Source of the DNA: an uncultured virus (IMG/VR IMGVR_UViG_3300049445_000078)
Taxonomy: Duplodnaviria > Heunggongvirae > Uroviricota > Caudoviricetes
Strand: one strand, 5' to 3'
IMG/VR virus record: IMGVR_UViG_3300049445_000078
DNA: 64,000 nucleotides
Part shown: one piece after another, positions 53,698-62,924 of the stretch
How positions within the stretch are numbered: position 1 is the stretch's first letter
Layout of the letters: every line of letters starts with the position of its first letter
Program-made: the position numbers and the translations under genes
Notes under the pieces: generated by a model
The model's database searches: none
What the model saw: the letters and a program-made list of their open reading frames with translations, nothing else
What the model was told of the DNA's origin: nothing

Positions 53698-54225
53698 TCA
53701 CCATTCATGTCCGCATTTGGGGCAGTGCTTGATAGGCTTCTTGCGGAAACCAGCTTCGATAGCTGCTGCATTAGCGGATAGTTTTTTGGCAATTACTTTT
53801 TCAAACAAATCTGGGCGCTCCCGCTTAAGCCGGGAAACCGTGTAGGATAGGGAATTGCCGCGACCATCATGGATAGTGACATTGTCACCATCCTCTATCG
53901 TATGTTGATTGGTTCCCACTGGTCTCTTTATTGCATCACGCCATAAAGCGACTGTCTGTGGATCATCCTTAATAAGAGCCTCAACTTTATTAATTGGCCA
54001 GCCACATCCTTTGAGCGGAGGAGTGACAATAAAATCAGAGAAGTTTGTAAATTCTATTGGTTCCTTTCCCAACTGAGGAACCTCTCGTTTTTTCCAAGCT
54101 TCTGTCTCAAGCAGTCTCCTAACCAAAGGAGCCACATTCTCAAGACTGCCAGCAGATGTATTTACAGCACTCCAAAGAGCCTGCACCAGATGATGATTCT
54201 CAATAAGATTGTTAATCACAGCCAA
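53698..54225 (-). CDS. Hypothetical DNA-binding protein coupled to the helicase gene
   Basis: RLKRERPDL...LSANAAAIEAG and C-terminal CPKC. Confidence 0.6.
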   Translation of the reverse strand: MAVINNLIENHHLVQALWSAVNTSAGSLENVAPLVRRLLETEAWKKREVPQLGKEPIEFTNFSDFIVTPPLKGCGWPINKVEALIKDDPQTVALWRDAIKRPVGTNQHTIEDGDNVTIHDGRGNSLSYTVSRLKRERPDLFEKVIAKKLSANAAAIEAGFRKKPIKHCPKCGHEW

Positions 54226-56135
54226 TCCTGTTCTCTAAGGATTGCTTCCCTTAGTCTATCTATCTTTCTTTGTAGTTGGGATATCGACATTTGCGATTGA
54301 GGAACCTTATCAACCATAAATTCGATATTAACTTCCTTCGTTAACGGTTCCCAAATAGCCCTATTATAAGATTCTCCATGCCCCCGGCGTTTCTGTCTTA
54401 TCTTTGTTAACTGGCGCACAAGTTCATTGGCATCTTTTTTCAACCGTTCTTCTTTCTCCCATGGCGGTTCTCTCTCCACATTTTCATTTTCTAGTGGCGG
54501 TTCTCCAGTTTTAAGGCCCTGAGCAAAACTAGGATCACCTAACATCAGTACCGCCGATGTTTCACTTATCCTGTATTTTTTTTTAAGTTGTTCTATTACC
54601 GAAACTCTATCCCCAGTGTAATGTTGTCCATGAATTATATAGCCAACAAATTCTGGTTCTGACCCCCCAACTGTAATTCCCATCTTTGGCAGTGATAAAC
54701 CGTCGCGATTAATGTCATTACTTTTCTTTTTCTTTTCTTCCCAAGCCAACTCCTGCAATCCTTCAATCGTTTGAGCAAACTCAGTAAGTTTTTTTACCTC
54801 TGGAATAAATACATGAGCAGTAGCTTGCTCATCATCTTCATTTTCCATTCTTCTTACACATCTTCCAACCAATTGACGAAAAATTAAGTTTGTTGCCTTG
54901 TTCGTTAAATAGGCCAAAACTTTTAATCGTGGGATATCTACCCCCTCTGAAACTATCTGGACGGACACCAGCCATTTTTTAGCATTATTCTTCGCAAAAT
55001 CATCAATCGCATAAAGAGAATCTTCTTCCTGTTCCGGATCAGAAGTAACAACCGTTGATTTTTGCCCAAGTATTTCAAGTAATCCATAAATTTGTTTTGC
55101 ATGTCTTATATCTTTAGCAACAACCATTGCCGCTGCTGAAATATCTTTCTCCCTTATTTCATCAAGTTTGCGATTTGCATCTCTCAAGATTGAAAGAAGA
55201 AATGAACTGTTGTCTAAAGCATATCCAAGATATGATTCATCATCACTACAAAGTTGTTTCTTTTCTTTTCCAAACTTCACATCAACAAATTCCATTTTCT
55301 CTCGATGAAATGTAATTTGCCTAACCACATCATCACTTAATGCCCTAGGCCAATCATATGTGAAGTCAGCTACATATGACCCATTGGAAACTTCGATCCA
55401 TTTTGTTAATTCACCATCCGAGCGTAATGGTGTTCCAGAAAGAAGAAGTCGGCGCTTTGCTAAACCAAAGGCTTCTTGTAAATCAAATCCAAATTTTGAA
55501 TCTTCTCCCTCTGAGGCGTGGTGGATTTCATCACAAATCAACATGACAGAATGATCTGAGCAAAATTTACGAAAAATCATATTCTGACTTTTAAGGGCCT
55601 GATAAGTTGTTGACACTCCGTTATATGGTTCCTTTAGATACCCGTAGAAATTTTCATCAAGTTTAATACCGGCGTCAAACATCTTTGAACGCCAGTGACG
55701 CTTTATTTGTCGCGTAGGACTAACGACAACAACGACACCACCTTTCTCTAACCACAACCGGACAACTCTTATTGAGGCATAAGTCTTTCCACCTCCAGGG
55801 AGAGCACAAAGGAAAAAATTAGGTTTTGTGTGACTCTGATATTTTTCAATGAATTCATCTTGCCAACTGAATCTATTTTTATTCATCTTATTTCCTTTCA
55901 AAATATTTTCTTTCGGAGTTACCACATCGCAATTTTCAATAGCGGTTTCTCCCCCTCTCGAATATGGAACGCGATGGTCAGCGTGCATTTTAGTGGGGTC
56001 CAATGGTTCCCCACTAATTGCGCTTTTTCCATCTTGGGATAACCAAGCTGCCATTCGCTCACCCTTGTTAAAGCGCCTTCGTTTATCAAGAACCATAAAT
56101 TGCTCCGTAGTACGGCAAATTTTAACGTACAACAA
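54216..56135 (-). CDS. HNH-fused superfamily 2 (DExH) helicase
   Basis: HADHRVPYSRGGETAIENC HNH; PGGGKT, DEIHH, SGTP, EGVDIP and QLVGRCVR helicase motifs; AT-rich. Start could be ATG 56097. Confidence 0.88.
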   Translation of the reverse strand: MLYVKICRTTEQFMVLDKRRRFNKGERMAAWLSQDGKSAISGEPLDPTKMHADHRVPYSRGGETAIENCDVVTPKENILKGNKMNKNRFSWQDEFIEKYQSHTKPNFFLCALPGGGKTYASIRVVRLWLEKGGVVVVVSPTRQIKRHWRSKMFDAGIKLDENFYGYLKEPYNGVSTTYQALKSQNMIFRKFCSDHSVMLICDEIHHASEGEDSKFGFDLQEAFGLAKRRLLLSGTPLRSDGELTKWIEVSNGSYVADFTYDWPRALSDDVVRQITFHREKMEFVDVKFGKEKKQLCSDDESYLGYALDNSSFLLSILRDANRKLDEIREKDISAAAMVVAKDIRHAKQIYGLLEILGQKSTVVTSDPEQEEDSLYAIDDFAKNNAKKWLVSVQIVSEGVDIPRLKVLAYLTNKATNLIFRQLVGRCVRRMENEDDEQATAHVFIPEVKKLTEFAQTIEGLQELAWEEKKKKSNDINRDGLSLPKMGITVGGSEPEFVGYIIHGQHYTGDRVSVIEQLKKKYRISETSAVLMLGDPSFAQGLKTGEPPLENENVEREPPWEKEERLKKDANELVRQLTKIRQKRRGHGESYNRAIWEPLTKEVNIEFMVDKVPQSQMSISQLQRKIDRLREAILREQDWL

Positions 56136-56211
56136 AAAATAGAATAATGCAACTTACTACTTCTAAAGTGTACTTCTTAACCATCTGCTCACTGGTGAAC
56201 TTGGGTTCGAG

Positions 56212-56346
56212 GCCCGAATACCCCCCTACCCCCCAGAATTTATCTGGAAGGTCAGGGGGATAAACGGGCGCTGTCCTGCTCACTGGAGCCACTTTGGGAC
56301 ATTGGCCCTAGACCGGCCTTTTCCGCAGCCACACATCCGGTCAGGG
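56212..56346 (-). ncRNA. Candidate structured RNA or replication-origin element
   Basis: Three stem-loops; the longest has G-U wobbles only when read on the minus strand. Confidence 0.5.
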
Positions 56347-56577
56347 AACTAAATCCCTCATACCCTGCGTGTGCCCGCTTGCTGCGAGAGCCGATTCGGT
56401 GGTTTTGGGAGGAAAAACTTGGCCTTGACGGAACTGCTGCCTATTGGCATATGTTCTTTAGTCAAGGTCTGGTTTTTCTCCCCCAGAGAATCAGCCACCA
56501 GATCAGCCCGCACACCTTGCAACAGGTGAGGCGGGCAAACTTTTTGTACCACGTTCCATGCGGTTTTCAAGTCCCAT

Positions 56578-56919
56578 CTATGGTAGGGAACAGATAGTAA
56601 CCACACAATCTGTAACCTTGGCCCACTCGACAGACACTCCCCGCATATACTTTTTCTGGTCTCCCTCGATGATTCCGCAGGAAACCAGTAGGTCACAAAC
56701 CGCCTTAATCCGGTTGTCGCAATCCCCGGATCGGGTATCATCAAGTAGGATTTTGAGCTTGAAAGGCCCCTTAATAGGTTGAATCTTATATTGTTTTAAC
56801 TTCCATCCAGCCTCGGTTTTCCAAGCTCTATAAAATGTGGATAAGATTCGCCCTTTCCCCCGCTTGTTGAGAAACATCTCGTTCACGGAAGGGGGGAATG
56901 GTATTTTAAGGGTTAGCAA
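56578..56919 (-). CDS. rusA: RusA-family Holliday junction resolvase
   Basis: PFPPSVN and DCDNRIKAVCDLL...IIEGD motifs. Confidence 0.88.
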   Translation of the reverse strand: MLTLKIPFPPSVNEMFLNKRGKGRILSTFYRAWKTEAGWKLKQYKIQPIKGPFKLKILLDDTRSGDCDNRIKAVCDLLVSCGIIEGDQKKYMRGVSVEWAKVTDCVVTICSLP

Positions 56920-57349
56920 GGAGGCTGGTCTCTATGGACCGGATGAAGTCAGCGATTTGACCGTTTTGAGCCAAGAGGTTTTCTATTTTCCAAATAGCGT
57001 GAAGACAGGTGGTATGATCTCGGTTCATCCTCGTTCCAATCGTCGTTAAAGTTGTATTGGGAATGATGGTATACATGAAATAGATAGCAATATGCCTTGC
57101 CAGAGTGACCCTCGGTCTCCGGCTTTTTCCGAGTATATCCTTGATTCCCAAGCGGAAAGCATCGCTTACGGCATTTAGTATTAGGTTACCATTAAGGATT
57201 TTGACTGGTGGTGGGTAGTATTCTTGTACCAGTATCTTTTTCTCCTGGAAGAAGTACCCTCTAGGAAGGCGTTTTAGATCAATACCTATATCGTCAACGG
57301 CCTTGGCTGGGTGGGTGAGGCGACGGTGGATTTCAGCCGCTGTGCTCAT
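56906..57349 (-). CDS. DnaA domain IV-like HTH protein
   Basis: SRRPRVTLARHIAIY...IG..MNRDHTTCLHAIWKI. Confidence 0.85.
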   Translation of the reverse strand: MSTAAEIHRRLTHPAKAVDDIGIDLKRLPRGYFFQEKKILVQEYYPPPVKILNGNLILNAVSDAFRLGIKDILGKSRRPRVTLARHIAIYFMYTIIPNTTLTTIGTRMNRDHTTCLHAIWKIENLLAQNGQIADFIRSIETSLLANP

Positions 57350-57351
57350 CG

Positions 57352-57774
57352 CTAGACCCTATAATTGAGGTATTGATTGCAATGGTGGGGGCACCAGGAC
57401 TGCCCCTCATGCACTGGAAGTCCGCAGTAACGGACGAGTGAGTAGCGGTCGTCATCCCGGCCTATGACGGCATGGCACTCGTAGGTCCCGATTTTCATGA
57501 AGCTGACGCCCGAGCTAGTGAATGTGATAGGGGGAACATCCATCGGCGGCTTGATCTCCGCCTTGATCTTAGTCACGGGCTTGCGCGGTTGCCGCCCCTT
57601 CTTCTCCCGCAGGCTCCAAGGATGCTTAGGGAGGCCCAGACGGTTAGCCATGCCCAAGACCGAATTCTTGGTGCGGCCAACGGTGACCCCTATCTCCTTG
57701 GCGTGGATGCCGTCCGCCCACATAAGCTTGAGGGTGTCCTTGCTCTCCTCGTTCCATTCATTCATAGGAACCAA
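57352..57774 (-). CDS. gcrA: GcrA-family regulator
   Basis: WNEE...LKLMWADG..AKEIG...TKNSVLGMANRLGL; C...YCG...WCPHH. Confidence 0.85.
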   Translation of the reverse strand: MVPMNEWNEESKDTLKLMWADGIHAKEIGVTVGRTKNSVLGMANRLGLPKHPWSLREKKGRQPRKPVTKIKAEIKPPMDVPPITFTSSGVSFMKIGTYECHAVIGRDDDRYSLVRYCGLPVHEGQSWCPHHCNQYLNYRV

Positions 57775-57983
57775 TCCCTAATTTTGACTTTTCCACAGGT
57801 TTTCTTCTCAATCTTCTTCAGCATCCGAGGGCGCGGTATCCGCGTACCTTGTCGCCATTTACTTATGGCTGACTGAGATGCGCCGATAGTCTTGGCAAAT
57901 CTTCGTGTCGTTATTTTGTTGGCCGACAGCCATTCGCTGATTTTCATGAAAATTTGTATACACCCAAATTGTGCTATTGACAA
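57762..57983 (-). CDS. Cro/XRE-like HTH protein
   Basis: TRRFAKTIGASQSAISKWRQGTRIPR; likely start ATG 57947. Confidence 0.8.
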   Translation of the reverse strand: MSIAQFGCIQIFMKISEWLSANKITTRRFAKTIGASQSAISKWRQGTRIPRPRMLKKIEKKTCGKVKIRDWFL

Positions 57984-58018
57984 GGAGGCACAGATTGGGC
58001 TATGAACAACGTTGGAAC
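57977..58018 (+). promoter_or_regulatory. Promoter with overlapping LexA box
   Basis: TTGACA at 57977, -10-like TATGAA, and GAAC-aacgttg-GAAC at 58004-58018. Confidence 0.6.
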
Positions 58019-58031
58019 AAAGAGAGTGGTT

Positions 58032-58226
58032 ATGGAGATAGATAGCCTAAGATATATTTACGGAGAGGATGTCACAGCAAATGGTGACGGAACTTTCACC
58101 TTAAGTCTGTCTCCATGGTGTGAGAGACCCATGTGCGGTTTTGTGTCTGAAGAGTTTGCACTTTTGGCCGCTGAAATAGTGCATGAAGCAATGCGGGAAT
58201 ATTGCAGTGGCATGTATGAAGATTAA
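58032..58226 (+). CDS. Hypothetical protein
   Basis: First ORF of the rightward operon; start uncertain. Confidence 0.5.
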   Translation: MEIDSLRYIYGEDVTANGDGTFTLSLSPWCERPMCGFVSEEFALLAAEIVHEAMREYCSGMYED

Positions 58227-58238
58227 AGGAACGGACAA

Positions 58239-58517
58239 GTGATAGCCGCCGAAGACGTTGATCATTATTGCCACATGATCGCCAGTCATGTCTGGAGTCT
58301 GCACGGTGTTCTCAGTGACGAGGCTTATGGTTATCTCCCGCGTTTGGAGACAATCATTAACGAGGGCGGCTTTGCTGCGCCGGAAACGGAAGAGATTAAC
58401 GGATTGAGGAATGCAGCGGTGGAACTTCGCAAGATGGCAGACAGAATTGATGCTTTGAAAGTTCGGCTCATATTGAATGAGAGAGTGGTTCGCCCTGAAA
58501 TCATCCGGAGCCAATAG
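58239..58517 (+). CDS. Hypothetical protein
   Basis: AAGGA upstream, GTG start. Confidence 0.55.
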   Translation: MIAAEDVDHYCHMIASHVWSLHGVLSDEAYGYLPRLETIINEGGFAAPETEEINGLRNAAVELRKMADRIDALKVRLILNERVVRPEIIRSQ

Positions 58518-58866
58518 GCCGGAAGGTCGCGCCTATTGCGCCGCCTTCAATGGCTGGCTTCAAACCCACCATTTCGACATCGAAAAAACAGTCCGTTCTG
58601 CGGCGCTCGATTTAATTGAGAACCTGCCTGCCATCGAGCAATGGCGATCAACGCTGCCGGAGCGCCAGCGTCGAAGGCTAGTTCACCCGCTCAGCGTGAC
58701 CCGCCGTTGGCGAACGGCAACAGCGCCGAAAGCAACACCCGATGCCGTGGCAACCGCTGAGGCCGCATGGCGGCGCTTTGTTGCTTGTATGAATTCGCTA
58801 CCGCCCGATCAGGCCGCGCCATTCTGGAAGGCGGCACAGGCGCAAGCGGCTGCCGCTCTAGCGTGA
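58477..58866 (+). CDS. Hypothetical protein
   Basis: 129 aa, GC-richer segment. Confidence 0.5.
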   Translation: MREWFALKSSGANRPEGRAYCAAFNGWLQTHHFDIEKTVRSAALDLIENLPAIEQWRSTLPERQRRRLVHPLSVTRRWRTATAPKATPDAVATAEAAWRRFVACMNSLPPDQAAPFWKAAQAQAAAALA

Positions 58867-59054
58867 GTCCGATACAAGCCAAAATAGGTCACAAGAAAAA
58901 TCAAAGTGAGCCACCGTGGAAAGAGCGGCCTAAGTTATCAACCCAATCAATGGCTTGATATAACCCCTTGCTTTGGAACGAGATTTCGTTCTACACGTTA
59001 TTAATTCGTTTACAAACGGGGCAGAAAATGGACGCCGTGAGAGACGGACACCCG

Positions 59055-59324
59055 ATGATAGTAACTGTCCAGCACGCTTTTGCGAATGGCTGGCACGAAT
59101 TTACTTGTCCGCAGGTGCCGGGTTTTTGCGTTCTCTCGGAAGCATCCGATCTTGAGTCCGCATATGATCAGGTGCCAACAGCACTCGGCGAGATCGTGGA
59201 AGGTGACGAAGGTTTTCCCGTCACTGTCACGCTAGAAGACACATATTCGGAATATGTGGCCAAGCTGCCTGAGGGCATGCGGCCGCCCGCAGAGCGGCAC
59301 TATTCGATCAAAAAAGCCGCTTGA
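59055..59324 (+). CDS. HicB-like protein
   Basis: FTCPQVPGFCV...DLESAYDQVPTAL HicB-like N-domain; start uncertain; no HicA partner recognised. Confidence 0.5.
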   Translation: MIVTVQHAFANGWHEFTCPQVPGFCVLSEASDLESAYDQVPTALGEIVEGDEGFPVTVTLEDTYSEYVAKLPEGMRPPAERHYSIKKAA

Positions 59325-59333
59325 TCTCGGCGG

Positions 59334-59966
59334 ATGATTTCGCCGCGCTCTCCAATCAGCGACCTAAGAGCGTGTGAGGCATCTCGTTTATGGCGAGCAA
59401 ATCATTTAGAACAATGCCGTACTGATGACCGGAAGCGATATTATAAACATCGAGATAAAAATAGGACCCGCATTAATGAATTGTCCCGTGCGCGGTATCA
59501 TAAAAATAAAGACAGACTAAGAGACCATAAAAACGAGGTAAAGTGTAAGTGGAGAGCAAAAAACCCATGTCTCGTTCGCGAGTATTGGAAAAGATATAAA
59601 GCAAAACATAAGAAAGAAATAAACGACCGACAGAAGATATGGAGACAAAAAAACGCAGAGCGAGAACGACAGCGCGCACGAGAATATTATGCAAAAAACC
59701 CAGAGGAGTTTCGTAGGCGTGGACGTGATGCGGCGCGCAAGCGAAGAAAAGAAAAGCCAGAACACCATCGAATGGTTAGACAAATATGGGCAGAAAAAAA
59801 TGCACCAAGAATTAGATTCTTAGCTCGTGAACGACGCAGAAAAAACAGAATCAGAATACGAAATATGGATAGCACGAGATACAAAATAGCAAGGATGGCT
59901 CTTTCTTTATGCGAAGAGCTTAATCTTCTTGATAAAATCAAGCAGGAGATATCACATGAGGCATGA
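59334..59966 (+). CDS. Arg/Lys-rich helical-repeat protein
   Basis: Repeated W/Y-x-x-K-N units; start uncertain. Confidence 0.5.
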   Translation: MISPRSPISDLRACEASRLWRANHLEQCRTDDRKRYYKHRDKNRTRINELSRARYHKNKDRLRDHKNEVKCKWRAKNPCLVREYWKRYKAKHKKEINDRQKIWRQKNAERERQRAREYYAKNPEEFRRRGRDAARKRRKEKPEHHRMVRQIWAEKNAPRIRFLARERRRKNRIRIRNMDSTRYKIARMALSLCEELNLLDKIKQEISHEA

Positions 59967-60468
59967 CACTTACGAATCAATCCATGATCTACTCAAGCAG
60001 ATCATCGTTGATGATGCTTCTGTATCTGAAGCGTCAGCTAAGGAACAGTTGTGGGAGCAGATTAGGGACTCTCAAGGAATATTCCGGCTTCTATTTGACA
60101 ACTGGTTCAATGCCAATTGGTTTCGCTATGAGCCGGAGGTGAAGGAAATCATCACTGAGATTCCTGGTAAGCCTCCTGTCATCGGGCACTCCGTAACAGT
60201 TATGAGGAAGCGTCAAGGCTCGACGCGAGAAACCAAGTTCAAGCGCAAAATCGTCGCTAAGAAAATCATCATGGAAAAAACTCACGTTATCCTGATGAGT
60301 TTACCGATGCCAAATGGCAAGCAACTACGAGACTGCACAGGGGCGGAATGTATCAAGTTCGGTGGTTGGTTTGCATCAATCGGTAAAAACATCAAGGCTT
60401 CAGAGAAGGTTGGTAAGCAGCTAACAGAAACCGACTTGCAGAATCTCTATATGAGAAATGCCGCTTAG
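59956..60468 (+). CDS. Hypothetical protein
   Basis: AGGAG RBS; MPNGKQLRDCTGAEC motif. Confidence 0.6.
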   Translation: MRHDTYESIHDLLKQIIVDDASVSEASAKEQLWEQIRDSQGIFRLLFDNWFNANWFRYEPEVKEIITEIPGKPPVIGHSVTVMRKRQGSTRETKFKRKIVAKKIIMEKTHVILMSLPMPNGKQLRDCTGAECIKFGGWFASIGKNIKASEKVGKQLTETDLQNLYMRNAA

Positions 60469-60480
60469 GGAGAAATAAAG

Positions 60481-60897
60481 ATGAACTTGGGTGGGTATTA
60501 TGGAATGGGTGGAATGGTTGTGAGCCCAGAAGTACAGCTTCTAAAGCAAGAGATTGCCAACTTAAAGCATGATCTCATTCGGCACATGGATGCTCTTAAT
60601 ATTTATATAGGTGATAAGCAGTTTAAGATAAATATTAGTGACCAATGGAAACCGATAGAGAGTGCGCCAAAGGATGGGACAGTAGTTCTCCTTTTCCTTC
60701 CTGATTGCAATAGGAAAATAAACATTGGCCAGTTTCGCGATACAGGCGATGTTGAGTATGGAAAAGTTATCCGCGAAAGAAAATATTGGATGGTAGACGG
60801 ATGGTTTACGGTCGGGGCTGATCCTGTTCCAACACATTGGATGCCATTACCGGAACCACCGAAGGAGAAAGAAGATGAATCGACGCAATCTCTTTAA
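60481..60897 (+). CDS. DUF551-like protein
   Basis: WKPIESAPKDGT...PTHWMPLPEPP. Confidence 0.8.
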   Translation: MNLGGYYGMGGMVVSPEVQLLKQEIANLKHDLIRHMDALNIYIGDKQFKINISDQWKPIESAPKDGTVVLLFLPDCNRKINIGQFRDTGDVEYGKVIRERKYWMVDGWFTVGADPVPTHWMPLPEPPKEKEDESTQSL

Positions 60898-61222
60898 GTT
60901 TCTTGGCTCTCTGCCGTTGCTTGGATTGGTGGGGATTGAGGCAAAATCTCATCCATTATTATTGGAAGGCGTTATCAAATATCAGAGAGCCAAATATCGA
61001 TGGATAGCCCCCGGTTCTCTTAGGGATGCAGTAGAAAGTGGCATCTATAAGAATTTTCCTGGATTTCCGCGAGATGACCGATACGTGGTGGCTTGTCCAA
61101 CCACTGACGGCAAAACAGCGTGGTATTGCAGAGATAATGAAAAGGCTTGGTGGATTGATGAATCGGATGATTCCATAACAATAGAGTTTGTTAAGGATGA
61201 GAAAAATGACCATAAAAGATAG
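60875..61222 (+). CDS. Protein with Tat-like signal
   Basis: MNRRNLFKFLGSLP; AAGGAG RBS. Confidence 0.6.
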   Translation: MNRRNLFKFLGSLPLLGLVGIEAKSHPLLLEGVIKYQRAKYRWIAPGSLRDAVESGIYKNFPGFPRDDRYVVACPTTDGKTAWYCRDNEKAWWIDESDDSITIEFVKDEKNDHKR

Positions 61223-61378
61223 ATTCTATTTCAATGAAGACCTGACCGATTTGCCTCGCAAGCCAAAATACAGATGGAGTGAGAAGAAGGAAATTGACGG
61301 TATTGACGGAGATATTTGGATTGATGACGCCACAGGAGAAAAATATTGGTTCCAGAATATCTTTCAGAGCAAGCCTCA

Positions 61379-62122
61379 ATGACTGAAAGGTATGAGATTG
61401 GTGGAAACCTACCCCCGTCAATGTCGGTCACAGCCGGAGAGGTCATGCGCGATCTCTCTAGCTGGATGGCTGAGCACCCGATCATAGCGACTGATGAAGA
61501 AGCGAGAGAGAGCAAGGTCTATCTCGACCGCGCCAAACTCTGCATAGCCGACCTAGAGGATGAGCGAGAGAAACTTGTCCGTCCGTTAAACGCGGAAGTC
61601 CAAAGAATTAATGATGTCTACCGAAGTCCCCGAACTCTTTTAGAGCGAGTGCTCAATGAACTCAAAAACCGAGTCTCAGCGTTCATCCGGCAAGAGGAAG
61701 AAAAGAGACAAAGGATTGCGGAGGAGGCAAGACGAAAAGCTGAGGCTGCTGAGCTTGCTGCTAGGGAAGCTGAGCGAGTGGAACAGGAACGGATTGCCAA
61801 CATTTCTTCTGGCGAACTTGGCGTCGATGTCGCTGCGGCAATTGAGGACGCTGACAAAGCATTTAATGATTACAAGCGTGCCGAAAGGCAGGCGGCGCTC
61901 GCGGAACGGGAAACCAAGGTAAAGATAGCCGGTGGGTTCGGGAGGGCTATTAGCAACAGGAATAAGGAAACTCTGATAGTTAAGGATGCCGTCAAGGCTG
62001 TTACGGCTATGGCTGACAATGAAGGAATTCATGAGGCAATCATCAAGGCAGCAAGATCGTATCGGTCGCTGCGTAATCAACTGCCTCCAGGCGTAATCTC
62101 TGAAACTGAAAGGAAACTATAA
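61379..62122 (+). CDS. Coiled-coil protein of the recombination module
   Basis: IGGNLPP N-terminus, long coiled coil and PPGV tail. Confidence 0.6.
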   Translation: MTERYEIGGNLPPSMSVTAGEVMRDLSSWMAEHPIIATDEEARESKVYLDRAKLCIADLEDEREKLVRPLNAEVQRINDVYRSPRTLLERVLNELKNRVSAFIRQEEEKRQRIAEEARRKAEAAELAAREAERVEQERIANISSGELGVDVAAAIEDADKAFNDYKRAERQAALAERETKVKIAGGFGRAISNRNKETLIVKDAVKAVTAMADNEGIHEAIIKAARSYRSLRNQLPPGVISETERKL

Positions 62123-62595
62123 TGCCAGAGCAAATCACGGTAGCCAAGGTTGAGCCACCTGCCCCTAATCGCAAGCAGGGAACCATCCACGATACGAAGG
62201 GTGCGAGATGGAAGGTATGGGCCGATAAGATTCCCAACTACTCTGTAGGTAGCACCTACGAAATCACTTTCAAGACCAATCAATTCAACAATCAGACCTT
62301 CAACGTCATTGACAGCGCCAAGCCTCTCTCGACTGCCTCACCGCAACAGGCACAAGCCGCTGCCGCAACCTATACTCAGGCCGACGATAAGAAGTCCGAG
62401 CAGATTGCCATTCTTGCTCTTGTTAAGCCGTGGATTGAGAAGATTCCGGTAGGAGATGCTGCGGCTATGGAACATGCCATTCGTGCGGCTAGAACCGCGT
62501 GGAGGCAGGCGTGGAAAAGCCGAGTGGAGTCTAGTCGTCCGCCGCTAGACGATATGGACGGAGACATCATCCCCGACTTCCCAGGAGATCGGTAA
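62122..62595 (+). CDS. Putative ssDNA-binding protein
   Basis: OB-like N-terminus and acidic DDMDGDIIPDF tail. Confidence 0.5.
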   Translation: MPEQITVAKVEPPAPNRKQGTIHDTKGARWKVWADKIPNYSVGSTYEITFKTNQFNNQTFNVIDSAKPLSTASPQQAQAAAATYTQADDKKSEQIAILALVKPWIEKIPVGDAAAMEHAIRAARTAWRQAWKSRVESSRPPLDDMDGDIIPDFPGDR

Positions 62596-62924
62596 TGGAT
62601 AATATGTCCTGGGCCGATAAATATAGAGTCGCTGGGGAAACGTGGTGTGACGCGGAAGCCGCTGCGTCATTGCTCGAAGACATGAAAAGTGTCGTCATGG
62701 CTCAGAAGCAAACTGAGTTGGGCGAGCTGCCCGTGAATAGAGCCGAACAAACCGTAAAGGCTAGTCCGTTTTGGGAGGACTACGTTCGTTCCTGTATTAC
62801 CGCTCGCAAGGAAGCCAATCTCGCAAAGGTGAAGGTTGAGGAAATCAGGATTGGCTTTTCAGAATGGCAAAGCTCTCAAGCCAATGAGCGGGCTGAGTTC
62901 AGAATGACGATGGGAGGGGGGTGA
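62595..62924 (+). CDS. Hypothetical protein
   Basis: Overlaps both neighbours; AGGAG RBS. Confidence 0.6.
   Translation: MDNMSWADKYRVAGETWCDAEAAASLLEDMKSVVMAQKQTELGELPVNRAEQTVKASPFWEDYVRSCITARKEANLAKVKVEEIRIGFSEWQSSQANERAEFRMTMGGG

Noticed and set aside
49739..56346. Structured regions as tRNAs
   Set aside because: No cloverleaf with T-loop and anticodon arm could be built by eye; tRNAscan-SE/ARAGORN would be decisive.
56358..56782. ORFs 56358..56744(-), 56379..56597(+) and 56558..56782(+)
   Set aside because: They overlap rusA or adjoin the structured intergenic region and have no motifs or clear RBS.
59334..59966. Arg/Lys-rich ORF as a further HNH endonuclease
   Set aside because: It has the basic helical repeats often seen before HNH domains but no catalytic HNH motif.
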